Assembly (NCBI GenBank): GCA_964016885.1
Contig: OZ024741.1
Coordinates: 160,456,001 to 160,520,000 of the forward strand
Source: Eledone cirrhosa
Taxonomy: Eukaryota
Length of the DNA: 64,000 bases
Direction of reading: 5' to 3'
The position numbers and the translations under genes were made by a program. The notes beneath the pieces are model-generated. The model was given only the letters and a program-made list of their open reading frames with translations, ran no database searches and had not been told where the DNA came from. This document shows, piece after piece, positions 16,559 to 28,619 of the stretch. Numbering within the stretch: the first letter of the stretch is position 1; each line of letters opens with the position of its first letter.

Positions 16559-16852
16559 TTAAATGAGAAAAATCTAATTCAGGGATTATAAACAAGATAG
16601 ACGAAAACATTTTCTAACTTCGTTACGATGGTTTTGTATGGGAAAGAATTATTATTGGAACCACCAATAATTGAAGAATCTGCCACACTTTTCAGAGGAG
16701 TATAATTTTAATATATAATTTTGCTTCTCTGAGAGATTTCTTTCATTGAAATGTTTGTGTATTAGAGACCTTTAATTAATATTAAACTGCTCCATAATTT
16801 GTTGAGCTGTACTTGAGATAGTCTTTAGGCTGCTATTTCTAGCGACATTATT

Positions 16853-16950
<98 letters not shown>

Positions 16951-17463
16951 ATATTTGGGGAGGGTCATATTTGCGTAATATTGCCAGAATTAATAACAGA
17001 ACACACTCACTGTTTGGTTGGTTTTCGCTTCTCGCTGTCTTTTATATATATATATCTGCGATCTAACTTACTCGGTCCTCAATGTTGCCATTGACTGACC
17101 GGCGGTCAAAAATAATACAGATACAATATAGACAAACACATATATATATAGTTTACATAAATCTTTCGTTGCACATCTGCAACATCGTCAGTGGTGTTAT
17201 ATTCATTGTTCCTCCTGTTGTGTTGTATGTCTACGCCATTTTTTTTGTTCAGTCTGTCTATATATTTTTTTATTTATTTGCTTGTTTGTTTATCTTATTT
17301 TATTTTGTCTTCTTTGCGCATGCGTTTGCGTGTGTGTATAGTGTTATGTGTGATGTGTGACTAGTGTGTATAGTGTTGTGTCTGCTGGGTGACTAGTGTG
17401 TGTTTATGTGCTTGTGTATGTATTTATTTATCTTATTTTATTTAATTTAATTTACTTATTTAT

Positions 17464-18482
17464 TTATACTTCTCTTAGGTCAGTGTTGTTTGTTTGGGTG
17501 TTGTTGTTGTTCCACTCATTCTTTCTGTTTAGCTTTGGTCTTCTAATTTCTATTTCACTGGCCTCTCTGATTTGCCTATCTGCTGGGTCATTCCTATGTT
17601 TAGATATTATTCTAATTTCTATGTTGTCTATGTTACCGTCATGATGTTGTCTAGCATGTTCGTATAGTACTGACCCGTTTTTTCGTCCTTTTAGTTCCCC
17701 CCAGTGTTGGTCTATCCTTTCACCTATGCTACGAGCTGTCTCACCTATGTATGTTGTTGTCGTGTTTCTGCAAGTACCCTCTGTACATCTTATGCTATAG
17801 ACTACGTTTCTAGTTTTACAGTTTATCCGGGGGTTCACCTTACATATGATACATTTCCTATTGGTACAGTGGGTTTTCTTAAAAGGGTAGGTTTTGCTGA
17901 TCAGGGATTTTATGGTGGTTCCTGGCTTTTCTACCACCTTTATTTTTAAGTGGGTCTTTCTCAGGGCCTTTCTACACTGGTTAGCTAATTTCCCTCCAGG
18001 GGTGGCGTCCACAAACATGACACTCTGATATCTCTGGTTGTCGTACCATGATGTGGCCTTCCCTATCTTATGTCTAGCCCTATCTAAGCTATTCCATGAT
18101 TTGCTCCTGTATAGTGGGCAAATTCCTTTCATGTCCAGTTCTATGAGGGTCTTATACTTTTCCATGGCTCCTTCGTATACTCTGACTCTGTCTCTTTGGT
18201 TGTAGCCAGAGAACTGCATGCGGTTGATGAAGTGTTGGATGTGTCCTTCCATTTCTGTTGGGTCGCACATGCTGGACACATTCTTCATCACTCGTACCAA
18301 ATCTGCGATCAGAATATTAAACTTAGCACTACTGGACATTGCTGAGTTTTTGAGTATCAGGTATTTGGAGGCCATGGGTTTAGCATAGTGTGAGTGGAGA
18401 ATTTGGGCTCTCTCGTCTATAGTGTTAATCCAGAGTTCTGTGTCTAATACAGGTAGTCTATTGTTAGGGTGTTTGGAAGGGA
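17464..18482 (-). pseudogene. Inverted duplicate of the PLE thumb + GIY-YIG region
   Basis: The protein from PSKHPNN to the stop is identical to the end of 18469..20772. Confidence 0.9.
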
Positions 18483-20772
18483 GACGGAGGCACAGTTCAC
18501 CATAGCTAGAAATAAGATTAGACAAGTAGTAGACAGGTACACTATGAGACAGAGCAGACCAGAGGCCCAACAACTTGGGATAAAACCTGTAGAAGGCTTG
18601 GTTAGCCTCAAGCAGCGCACAAGGGATGGTGAGGTAGTGTGTCTACCCACAGATAAGTCTGGTAGGATGTCAATAGATAGCATGCCGAACTACATCGAGG
18701 CAATGCAACCCCACATCACCAACACGAGCGAAGTTGCACAACTAACACACGATGGGAGAGAAAAAATCCTCAACGCTCACATGATGATGTGGACTGACAT
18801 CCTAAAGCCAAGCAGACGCACTGCCAACAACTTCCAGGCGTCTAACAATGGCATACCACCCTTGTATGGGCTCCGCAAAGACCACAAGACAGTCGACGAC
18901 CCGACAATAGGACCACCAACAAGACCTGTATGCGGAGCTAATATAGCTAGCAACTACAGGATCTCCTACTTCCTCTCAATGGTTATACGCCCCATAATCA
19001 AGATGTCCCCAGATGTATGTGAAAGTACAGAGGACCTCCTCAGCAGAATCAGTGAGTGCAACAAAAACAGGAGCCTATCCAACTGCATAATAGGCAGCAT
19101 GGATGTGGTGTCACTGTACCCATCCATTAACATTGATTTTGCTGTGAAAAGATGTGTGGAGATGATCATTGAGAGTGAGGTGGAGTTCTGCGACGTCGAC
19201 ACAGACGAACTGGGCCTCCTACTTAGACTTACCTACGACACTGACTACCTAGACAGCCATGACCTTAGATGTTTCTGCCCTAGTAGACCTATAAGAGGTA
19301 GACCCCCCACCATAACCTCAATGGCTAAAAAGACTCCCATAGGAAGGTGGATTGGGTGGACCAAAGCTATACGGACCCCCCAAAACACTGATCAGGTAAG
19401 AAAAATGGTCGCACATGCAATAGGGGCTAGTATCAAAACTACCCTAAAGGGCCACATATTTAAGTTCAATGAGAAAATCTACACCCAAAATGAGGGAGCA
19501 GCCATCGGCGTCAGCATAGCTGGCGATGTTGCCAACCTTTTCATGGTATGGTGGGAAAGGAGACTTAAAGATCTCCTTAATGAAAGCTCCATAGACCTCA
19601 TCATGTACTCTCGTTATGTAGACGATATCAATATAGTTATAAGAACACCCCCACTAGAGAGCACTAACAAGTTTGATTTAGAACGTAGCACGATGGAAAG
19701 CATCCAGCAGATAGCTAATTCCATACACCAGAGTATAACTGTAACTATAGACTTCCCTTCCAAACACCCTAACAATAGACTACCTGTATTAGACACAGAA
19801 CTCTGGATTAACACTATAGACGAGAGAGCCCAAATTCTCCACTCACACTATGCTAAACCCATGGCCTCCAAATACCTGATACTCAAAAACTCAGCAATGT
19901 CCAGTAGTGCTAAGTTTAATATTCTGATCGCAGATTTGGTACGAGTGATGAAGAATGTGTCCAGCATGTGCGACCCAACAGAAATGGAAGGACACATCCA
20001 ACACTTCATCAACCGCATGCAGTTCTCTGGCTACAACCAAAGAGACAGAGTCAGAGTATACGAAGGAGCCATGGAAAAGTATAAGACCCTCATAGAACTG
20101 GACATGAAAGGAATTTGCCCACTATACAGGAGCAAATCATGGAATAGCTTAGATAGGGCTAGACATAAGATAGGGAAGGCCACATCATGGTACGACAACC
20201 AGAGATATCAGAGTGTCATGTTTGTGGACGCCACCCCTGGAGGGAAATTAGCTAACCAGTGTAGAAAGGCCCTGAGAAAGACCCACTTAAAAATAAAGGT
20301 GGTAGAAAAGCCAGGAACCACCATAAAATCCCTGATCAGCAAAACCTACCCTTTTAAGAAAACCCACTGTACCAATAGGAAATGTATCATATGTAAGGTG
20401 AACCCCCGGATAAACTGTAAAACTAGAAACGTAGTCTATAGCATAAGATGTACAGAGGGTACTTGCAGAAACACGACAACAACATACATAGGTGAGACAG
20501 CTCGTAGCATAGGTGAAAGGATAGACCAACACTGGGGGGAACTAAAAGGACGAAAAAACGGGTCAGTACTATACGAACATGCTAGACAACATCATGACGG
20601 TAACATAGACAACATAGAAATTAGAATAATATCTAAACATAGGAATGACCCAGCAGATAGGCAAATCAGAGAGGCCAGTGAAATAGAAATTAGAAGACCA
20701 AAGCTAAACAGAAAGAATGAGTGGAACAACAACAACACCCAAACAAACAACACTGACCTAAGAGAAGTATAA
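18469..20772 (+). CDS. PLE polyprotein: reverse transcriptase + Cys-rich linker + GIY-YIG endonuclease (Neptune-like), N-terminally truncated
   Basis: Motifs PTDKSG, PPLYGLRKDHK, PTRPV, SMDVVSLYPSI, GAAIG, RYVDD, LPVLD, CxxxxCxxC and NVVYSIRC..YIGETARSIGERIDQH. The first few codons come from the inversion junction. Confidence 0.93.
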   Translation: MFGRETEAQFTIARNKIRQVVDRYTMRQSRPEAQQLGIKPVEGLVSLKQRTRDGEVVCLPTDKSGRMSIDSMPNYIEAMQPHITNTSEVAQLTHDGREKILNAHMMMWTDILKPSRRTANNFQASNNGIPPLYGLRKDHKTVDDPTIGPPTRPVCGANIASNYRISYFLSMVIRPIIKMSPDVCESTEDLLSRISECNKNRSLSNCIIGSMDVVSLYPSINIDFAVKRCVEMIIESEVEFCDVDTDELGLLLRLTYDTDYLDSHDLRCFCPSRPIRGRPPTITSMAKKTPIGRWIGWTKAIRTPQNTDQVRKMVAHAIGASIKTTLKGHIFKFNEKIYTQNEGAAIGVSIAGDVANLFMVWWERRLKDLLNESSIDLIMYSRYVDDINIVIRTPPLESTNKFDLERSTMESIQQIANSIHQSITVTIDFPSKHPNNRLPVLDTELWINTIDERAQILHSHYAKPMASKYLILKNSAMSSSAKFNILIADLVRVMKNVSSMCDPTEMEGHIQHFINRMQFSGYNQRDRVRVYEGAMEKYKTLIELDMKGICPLYRSKSWNSLDRARHKIGKATSWYDNQRYQSVMFVDATPGGKLANQCRKALRKTHLKIKVVEKPGTTIKSLISKTYPFKKTHCTNRKCIICKVNPRINCKTRNVVYSIRCTEGTCRNTTTTYIGETARSIGERIDQHWGELKGRKNGSVLYEHARQHHDGNIDNIEIRIISKHRNDPADRQIREASEIEIRRPKLNRKNEWNNNNTQTNNTDLREV

Positions 20773-21040
20773 ATAAATAAGTAAATTAAATTAAATAAAA
20801 TAAGATAAATAAATACATACACAAGCACATAAACACACACTAGTCACCCAGCAGACACAACACTATACACACTAGTCACACATCACACATAACACTATAC
20901 ACACACGCAAACGCATGCGCAAAGAAGACAAAATAAAATAAGATAAACAAACAAGCAAATAAATAAAAAAATATATAGACAGACTGAACAAAAAAAATGG
21001 CGTAGACATACAACACAACAGGAGGAACAATGAATATAAC

Positions 21041-21082
21041 ACCACTGACGATGTTGCAGATGTGCAACGAAAGATTTATGTA
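21041..21082 (+). ncRNA. Hammerhead-like motif in the PLE 3' region (mirrored in the inverted arm)
   Basis: CTGACGA-T-GTTGCA-GATG-TGCAAC-GAAA-GATT-TA. Stem II is perfect, stem I weak. Confidence 0.5.
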
Positions 21083-21110
21083 AACTATATATATATGTGT
21101 TTGTCTATAT

Positions 21111-21289
21111 TGTATCTGTATTATTTTTGACCGCCGGTCAGTCAATGGCAACATTGAGGACCGAGTAAGTTAGATCGCAGATATATATATATAAAAGACA
21201 GCGAGAAGCGAAAACCAACCAAACAGTGAGTGTGTTCTGTTATTAATTCTGGCAATATTACGCAAATATGACCCTCCCCAAATATAACA
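21111..21289 (+). mobile_element. Putative solo LTR (179 bp) inside the PLE 3' region
   Basis: TG...CA ends, ATAT direct repeat at 21107-21110 and 21290-21293, internal TATATAAAAG. Mirrored at 16947-17125. Confidence 0.5.
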
Positions 21290-21331
21290 ATATCTGTTTC
21301 GACACACGATTTCATATAAAAAACCTCGCAA

Positions 21332-21365
<34 letters not shown>

Positions 21366-21371
<6 letters not shown>

Positions 21372-21552
21372 AGATTTAGAACCTCGACGGTTGAGCTCCG
21401 GCCGTTTCGGCAGCTAGTTCGGATCTAGCTGACGAAACGGCCGAAGCTCAGCCGTCGAGGTCCTGAATCTTTTCATATTACGCACTCTACTACCCTAAGT
21501 ATCGAGTACTCTGGTGGATTATGGTCTAACTGGTTTTACCACACCCTATCTA
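21366..21552 (+). mobile_element. Hairpin+tail non-autonomous element
   Basis: About 112-bp imperfect palindrome (21366-21478) followed by the shared CACTCTACTACCCTAAG tail. Confidence 0.7.
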
Positions 21553-21745
21553 ATATATATATTTAAATAACAACACAATGGGTGCAGTATATGGAAGGTA
21601 TATATTAGGTAGGTTAAAGTTTGATATTGCAGGGAGAGGGGCTTAACGTTTCGGAAGCTAGTCCTTCATCAAAAGAAAGAATGAGAAATAAAATAGATTG
21701 AGGGGACGGGCGGGATGGAATTGGAAAAAATGTCTTTAGATAAAA

Positions 21746-22397
21746 ACTAGCAGTGATACCCGGCGTTGCACGGAATAAGGTATTTTGGAACGCGGGCCAC
21801 CAACAGATCGTGGAAAAACTGCATGCCTGGACAATATGTAAAGAAAATAAACCGAATACTCTGAAGGCTGGATAAGCTAAGATTTTCCTCGATCAAGCAA
21901 GAAAAATGCAGGTTTTCACCTAATGCGGGCCCTAGGGTATCAAGAAAATTAATTTTTTTTTGTGCATAATATGCCTTGAAATTTCGGGAAAATCGGCTAG
22001 ACGTAACGCCTCAAAAAAGCCCTAAAAAGCTGAAAAAATGAAGTGTTTCACCTAATGCGGGCCCTAGGCCATAAAAAAGTTGGATTTTCTTTGCTCACAA
22101 TATGAAGAAGAGACTGACTAATAAATAGTTACAATTTCAAGGAAATCGGTCTGACGTAACGCCTCGAAAAAACCCCAAAAAGCTGGAAAAAACGCAGTTT
22201 TTCACCTAATGCGGGCCCTGGTCCATAAAAAAGTTGGATTTTCTTTGCTCACTGTATGAAGAAGAGGCTGACTAATACATAGTTACAATTTCAAGGAAAT
22301 CGGTCTGACGTAACGCCTAAAGAAAAACCTAAAAAGCTGAAAAATCGCAGTTTTTCACCTAATGCGGGCCTTAGGGGATCAAAAAGTTGAATTTTAT
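21746..22397 (+). mobile_element. Helitron/Helentron-like non-autonomous element with internal tandem repeats
   Basis: Begins ACTAGCAGTGATACCCGGCGTTGCACGG, resembling Lep1/DINE-1-like termini. CACCTAATGCGGGCC recurs at 21917, 22049, 22203 and 22356 (periods 132, 154, 153). Confidence 0.55.
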
Positions 22398-22452
22398 GTG
22401 GTTTCTTGAAAGCAAGCAAAATTTGCTTTCAGTCATCAGAATAAAAAAATCC

Positions 22453-22891
<439 letters not shown>

Positions 22892-22892
22892 A

Positions 22893-24645
22893 TAAGATCA
22901 AAAGATGGTTAAAAGAGTTCCATGTATTTTATTATGCGCATTTCAAAAACAAATATCATCATGCGATGACTTTTGCGTTTTCGTCAGATAAAATAGGGAG
23001 ACATGATATGAAGGTTAAAAAACACTTGTGAATAGTGCAGTTTCAAATCAACATATGAAAAGTAGTTTTAGATTGATATGTGATATTGGGAAAAACATTG
23101 AGGGGGGGGGGTGGAAAGGATGAAAAAGAGGAGGAGATGAGAGTAAAGAATGGAGGGGGAGGAGTATAATAAGGAAGGATGAGATAGGAGGAGAGATGGG
23201 TGATAGAGAGAGATAGCTTTTATAACTGAGAGAAATATATTGTTTTACAGAGAGAAGTTAAAAAACCTATAGAAGATAATATATAAATTAAAAGAATTTG
23301 AAAATTAACGAAGAGAAAAATTTAAGAATAATGTTAAATTAAGGTTTGTATATTGAAGGGTTTAATAATATGTGCGATGAAAAGAAATTGTTAATATGTA
23401 TTAAGAATAATATTAAGTTAAGGTTTGAATATTGAAGGGTTTAATAATATGTGCGATGGAAAGAAATTGTTGATATGTATTATTAAAAAAATATAAAAAT
23501 AGTAATGTAATTAAGGATATATTGTGAAAAGAAGTAGAAGAGTGGATGAATATGTGTAATATGTAGAAGTTAGATGAGCATGAAAGGGAGAAAAAAATAA
23601 TGAATTGAGGATGAATAATCTAACGTAAAAAAAAAATGTTTATGTTTGCGAAGGATTTTTCAAGGTGATACTATAAAGTATTTAAAAGGGTAATATTAAA
23701 TGTTATGGCCAGTGATAGGATGGAAGAAGGAAGAGTGGATATATTGTGGTGAGTAATAATGAGAAGTATCTAGGAAGCAAAGGTACAGATTAGAGGTTGG
23801 AAATTAAAAGAAAAAAGGAAAAAAAAAAAGAAAGGGAAGTGATAAATAGGAGTGATATAGAATGAGTAGCTAGTATTATATAATGTATAATAAATAACAT
23901 TGAAATAAGGTAGAAAGATGGGTATATTTTTAAAGAAATATATATGTATATATATATGTGCCTTTGAGAAAAAGGATTTTAAATTGGTAAAGTATTAGAT
24001 ATTAGCTGTATACTTTATGGAATGTTCTGTGGAATTTATGCAAGCAGAGAGAAACAAGTCAGTGCGTCTATTTATTATAGAATCTAAATTAGATATAATG
24101 GTAAATTTCTCACATAAACAGAGATTTTATTAGTGTGTTTGTTAAATATTTTACTATAGATATGTGAGGGAGGGAAACATTTATTTAAGGCACTAAAGAA
24201 TAATTTAGGAATATTATTATTAATAGAGATGGAGAAAGGAGCATTATACCAGATTATGTTTTTGTATCTAGGTCTTTTATTAAAGTTATTGGAATGATCA
24301 TGATTAATTATTCTACTGTAAGATCTAGAATTTGTTTCATTACTATATTTGATTTTATCAGGATAACTGGCTTTAGAAAGCGCGTTATTATAGTAATTGG
24401 CGTTAGCATCAAAGATGTTTTTATTAGATGATAGGTTGGATATTCTTTTTCCAATATTACTAACTATAGCATTCTTAATATTAGTGGGGTGGTTAGATTT
24501 AAAATTAACATAATTTAGATTCTCATTGTTTTTATGGTAAGGGTAATATAGGCCAGTGTCAAGATTAAGAGATACATCTACAAGTTAGCTAGTTTGGTGC
24601 TGTTATCAAATTCAATTTTTAAGTTATGTAAATTCAATTTTTAAG
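22893..24645 (-). pseudogene. Decayed AT-rich PLE (thumb/linker region + 3' end)
   Basis: Minus strand translates to VDVSLNLDTGLYYPYHKNNENLNYVNFKSNHP..KRISNLSSN..YYNNALSKASY and IIWYNAPFS..KLFFSALNKCFP, typical PLE motifs. Confidence 0.75.
22925..22995 (-). ncRNA. Type I hammerhead ribozyme at the 3' end of the decayed PLE
   Basis: TATTTTAT-CTGACGA-AAACGCAAAAGTCATC-GCAT-GATGATATTTGTTTTT-GAAA-TGCGCA-TA-ATAAAATA. Stem I 8 bp, palindromic stem III. Confidence 0.8.
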
Positions 24646-24703
<58 letters not shown>

Positions 24704-24900
24704 CAGAAACATATATAATACTTTTTTTATATACAATAAACATATGGGTAGACAGATTATCTGCAGTGAATCCGTATATAACGTCCGCTTTCCCTGCAGC
24801 AAATCACAGAATTATTTAAAAATTATTATCTAATGCCAAAACTACATTGGGTGGAAATACAAACTAGACAAACTAATATTAGAAAGTTTCGCTTATATTT

Positions 24901-24990
24901 GCTTCTTAACTGCAGTTTCTGGAAAGAAACAATATTTATTATCCTAGTAAATTAACAGCCAATATTGGAAGAAATTCCTTCATCAGAGGG
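24901..24990 (-). ncRNA. Hammerhead-like motif with long stem II
   Basis: CTGATGA-AGGAA...TTCCA-GAAA-CTGCAG-TT. Palindromic stem III, weak stem I. Confidence 0.4.
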
Positions 24991-25664
24991 TTTCTCTGGA
25001 AGTAGAAAAAGTATTCAATAGATAGTATACGGACCTTGTCCTTAGTCAAACTATGTTTAAATGTTCCTCTGATTTGATGCTCATCCTTTTATGTATTGGG
25101 TCGTCAAGTATGAAATTTGTATAAAGAAAACATATGACCATATGCTTCACTACAAATTTCATACTTGACGACCCATTTGATATTTGCTACTCTTTAATTG
25201 TTGAGTTGATATAGACGGGTATAATAGGTTCTATTTCTAGCGTCACTATGAACTTATCATATTGTCCTGTTATGCAAATATTCATGTTATAGTCGTATGA
25301 CGCACGTGTTATTGTACGCATCACCCTGTTTCAATAAGGGTCACAAAAAACACTGTATTTTTTTTTGAATCACCAGTCTGAAGGGCAGGTCGATAATGGA
25401 GTCGGGTCCATAACTTCTATGGGCGAACTTGAGCCGATCATCTACGAAACGCACGATACAGGTCGATACACAATAAAAAAAAAAATAAATACTAGTAAAT
25501 GAAACGTCATCGTTTTTCTTAATTGATACACTCTGTCTATGCACCGAATGCTCATTTTGGTACTACCACCTATAATATATATATATATATATTAGCTTTT
25601 GAAACGACCGGAGCTCAGCCGTCGGGATCCCGAATTTTTCATATTATATTATATATATATATAT

Positions 25665-25862
25665 AGGAAAATGTTTGACCCCGACGGCAGAGCTCAAGCC
25701 GTTTCGTCGGCTATTTCTGGACTGAAATCCAGAAATAGCCGTCGAAACGGCTCGAGCTCTGCCGCCGGGGTCAAACATGTTCCTATTACCCACTCTACTA
25801 CCCTAAGTATTGAGTAATCTGGTGCGTTATGGTCCATCTGGTTCCTTACCACACCTCCATCG

Positions 25863-25865
<3 letters not shown>
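25665..25865 (+). mobile_element. Hairpin+tail non-autonomous element
   Basis: Palindrome 25666-25785 (GACCCCGACGGCAGAGCTCAAGCCGTTTCG.../...CGAAACGGCTCGAGCTCTGCCGCCGGGGTC), then the shared tail. Confidence 0.75.
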
Positions 25866-25947
<82 letters not shown>

Positions 25948-25954
<7 letters not shown>

Positions 25955-26304
25955 GTTAGGTTTTTTTTACAAAATGAAAAATAACCGAGGTGTCCTACAC
26001 GAGTGAAAGTATAAAGAAAAAGAGATGAAATCGAAAATGCAACTGGAGTCTTATTTTTTTTTTTAAATATATATCTTTATTTGGTTCCTTTACCGGTTTC
26101 GCAGTTCTTCTGCTTTTCAAAAGGTGAGTTGAGAAGGAGGGTCTGTGGTTTTTCTCACAGATGTGAGAAAAACCACAGACCCTCCTTCTCAACTCACCTT
26201 TTGAAAAGCAGAAGAACTGCGAAACCGGTAAAGGAACCAAATAAAGATATATATTTTTTTTTTTAAATAAGACTCCAGTTGCATTTTCGATTTCATCTCT
26301 TTTT

Positions 26305-26310
<6 letters not shown>
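25948..26310 (-). mobile_element. Fold-back element: tail + 150-bp arms with 2-bp loop
   Basis: 26010-26159 is the reverse complement of 26162-26310. An unfolded sibling lies at 60707-60920. Confidence 0.8.
26197..26234 (+). ncRNA. Minimal hammerhead with U3-A8 core (mirror at 26087-26124)
   Basis: CCTT-TTGAAAA-GCAG-AAGAA-CTGC-GAAA-CCGG-TA-AAGG. Confidence 0.7.
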
Positions 26311-26353
<43 letters not shown>

Positions 26354-26436
26354 CATACATACATACATACATACATACATACATACATACATACATACAT
26401 ACATACATACATACATACATACATACATACATACAT

Positions 26437-27635
26437 AACCTACCTAGTTCATGTTGTGTAAATTCCAATGTCAGGAACTTGTGTCTATGTTAGAAACTGA
26501 CTCTTTCTCTATTGGGAAATATTTTGTGGAACTATAAAACCAGAAGAACATGTGTGATAATCAAAAACTCACACCCAGGAAAGTCGCTCAGCAGTATCGC
26601 AGTGAATCCATGGATGAAAAACTGCATGCTTATCAGCAAAAAATCCTGCATGGATATGTTGCCAGGAAGCTCCAGAGTGAGAGTAATATAGATAAGGAAA
26701 GTAGTCTATCTTGGACCAACAACCGCTATATTGGCTCCCACTTTGAAGGATACGCTTTTGCAATCCAAGAACAGGAGATTAACATGAAATACCTGATTCA
26801 CAAAAGAGATAGGGATCCAGGCAAAACACCTAGATGTGATAACAAGTGCAGACTCTGCAGAACTAACATCGAGGATATCACCCATGCCATCAGCAGCTGT
26901 CCAAAGATGTCATCGCGGTACTATATACCTATGAGGCATGATGTAGTGGCCAAAACACTATACAATGCAGTTCGTAAAAAAGATAGCCCCGATAATAAAC
27001 ACATTAAAAGCTACAACAATGTGGAAGACATCCACGTACATAATATGAAAGAGTACTGGTGGAATGTTCCAGTAAAACCCCAATAAAATGCAGGCATAAC
27101 AGACCAGATATTATGATATGGGACAGGGAGAAGAAAGCATGCACAGTAGTGGAAGTTAGCTGCCCAGCAGATGCCAATATAATATCAAAGATTAGTGAAA
27201 AGGAGAATATTTATGCAGAACTGATGAGAAATCTGCAGATTCCCCACCCTGATTATACCTTCAGATTTATGCCTGTGATTATTGGGGCATTGGGATATGT
27301 TAGTAACTGCCTCAATACAAATCTTGAGAAGCTGGGCTTCACAGGAACACAACTAGTTAGGAAATTACAAGTCCAATCCATTAATGGAACAGTAAAAATA
27401 TGTAAAATATTCCAAAAATGTTGCATCTAATAACTGCATACATACACATGTACAGATACTAAGCATATGCACATGCACACATACAACTCAAAACATACAC
27501 ATCCATATCTACGCATGCATTCATACATATCTACCTAGTTGATGTGTAAATTCCAATGAGAGAGTATTGTGCATATGTTAGAAACCGACTCTCTCTCTAT
27601 TGGGAAAAATTTGTGAAATTATAAAACCAGAAGAA
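26437..27635 (+). mobile_element. R4/Dong-like non-LTR retrotransposon 3' fragment (CCHC + restriction-like endonuclease) in (ACAT)n
   Basis: CRLC..EDITHAISSC, RHDVVAK, HNRPDI..VEVSCP..K..EK..Y, frameshifted. 26437-26551 is an extra 3'-terminus copy. (ACAT)n lies on both sides. Confidence 0.85.
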
Positions 27636-27729
27636 CATACATACATACATACATACATACATACATACATACATACATACATACATACATACATACATAC
27701 ATACATACATACATACATACATACATACA

Positions 27730-28539
27730 TGGTGGCTGCCAACTCGTTTTCGAGTACGGCCACTACTTTATATCCACGTAGGAGAACCCCCACCGATGGG
27801 CTGAACGAGTGTGACTTTTTAGTCCAGCCAGCGACTTGGAAACTCTGGTACAAACACTACACTTGTGACAATTATTGACACATAGTACTGGGCCCATGGT
27901 ACCATGTGAGGACAAGTGCAGAGAGATCTCCAGATATAAAGCAATACCTGTGTCGTGAAGCTTTTATAGTGAGCACAGGCACTGCACAAAGCCAGTCCCA
28001 CTCTCTTAACCAAGATGATATTTACCAAAAAGAAGAACAAGTCAACATCATTGGATACCATCAGGGTTGCAGGTGTTATATCAGAGTTTTCCTTCTCCTA
28101 GAATTCTGCCTACATACATACATACATACATACATACATACATACATACATACATACATGGTGGCTGCCAACTCGTTTTCGAGTACGGCCACTACTTTAT
28201 ATCCACGTAGGAGAACCCCCACCGATGGGCTGAACGAGTGTGACTTTTTAGTCCAGCCAGCGACTTGGAAACACTGGTACAAACACTACACTTGTGACAA
28301 TTATTGACACATAGTACTGGGCCCATGGTACCATGTGAGGACAAGTGCAGAGAGATCTCCAGATATAAAGCAATACCTGTGTCGTGAAGCTTTTATAGTG
28401 AGCACAGGCACTGCACAAAGCCAGTCCCACTCTCTTAACCAAGATGATATTTACCAAAAAGAAGAACAAGTCAACATCATTGGATACCATCAGGGTTGCA
28501 GGTGTTATATCAGAGTTTTCCTTCTCCTAGAATTCTGCC
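27730..28539 (-). repeat. Tandem duplication (period 429 bp) of a repeat ending in a stem-loop + (ATGT)n
   Basis: 27730-28110 and 28159-28539 are nearly identical, and homologous to 51007-51420 and 57158-57420. Confidence 0.85.
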
Positions 28540-28587
28540 TACATACATACATACATACATACATACATACATACATACATACATACA

Positions 28588-28616
<29 letters not shown>

Positions 28617-28619
<3 letters not shown>

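Larger units (their letters stand above)
16943..21341 (+). mobile_element. Penelope-like element, 5'-truncated, with a 1540-bp inverted copy of its 3' part
   Basis: 16943-18482 is the reverse complement of 19754-21293. Tail at 21294-21341; flanked by (TA)n. Confidence 0.92.

Noticed and set aside
21917-22397. Regularly spaced CACCTAATGCGGGCC as a CRISPR-like array
   Set aside because: The intervening sequences are also repeated, so this is a tandem repeat; the context is eukaryotic with no cas genes.
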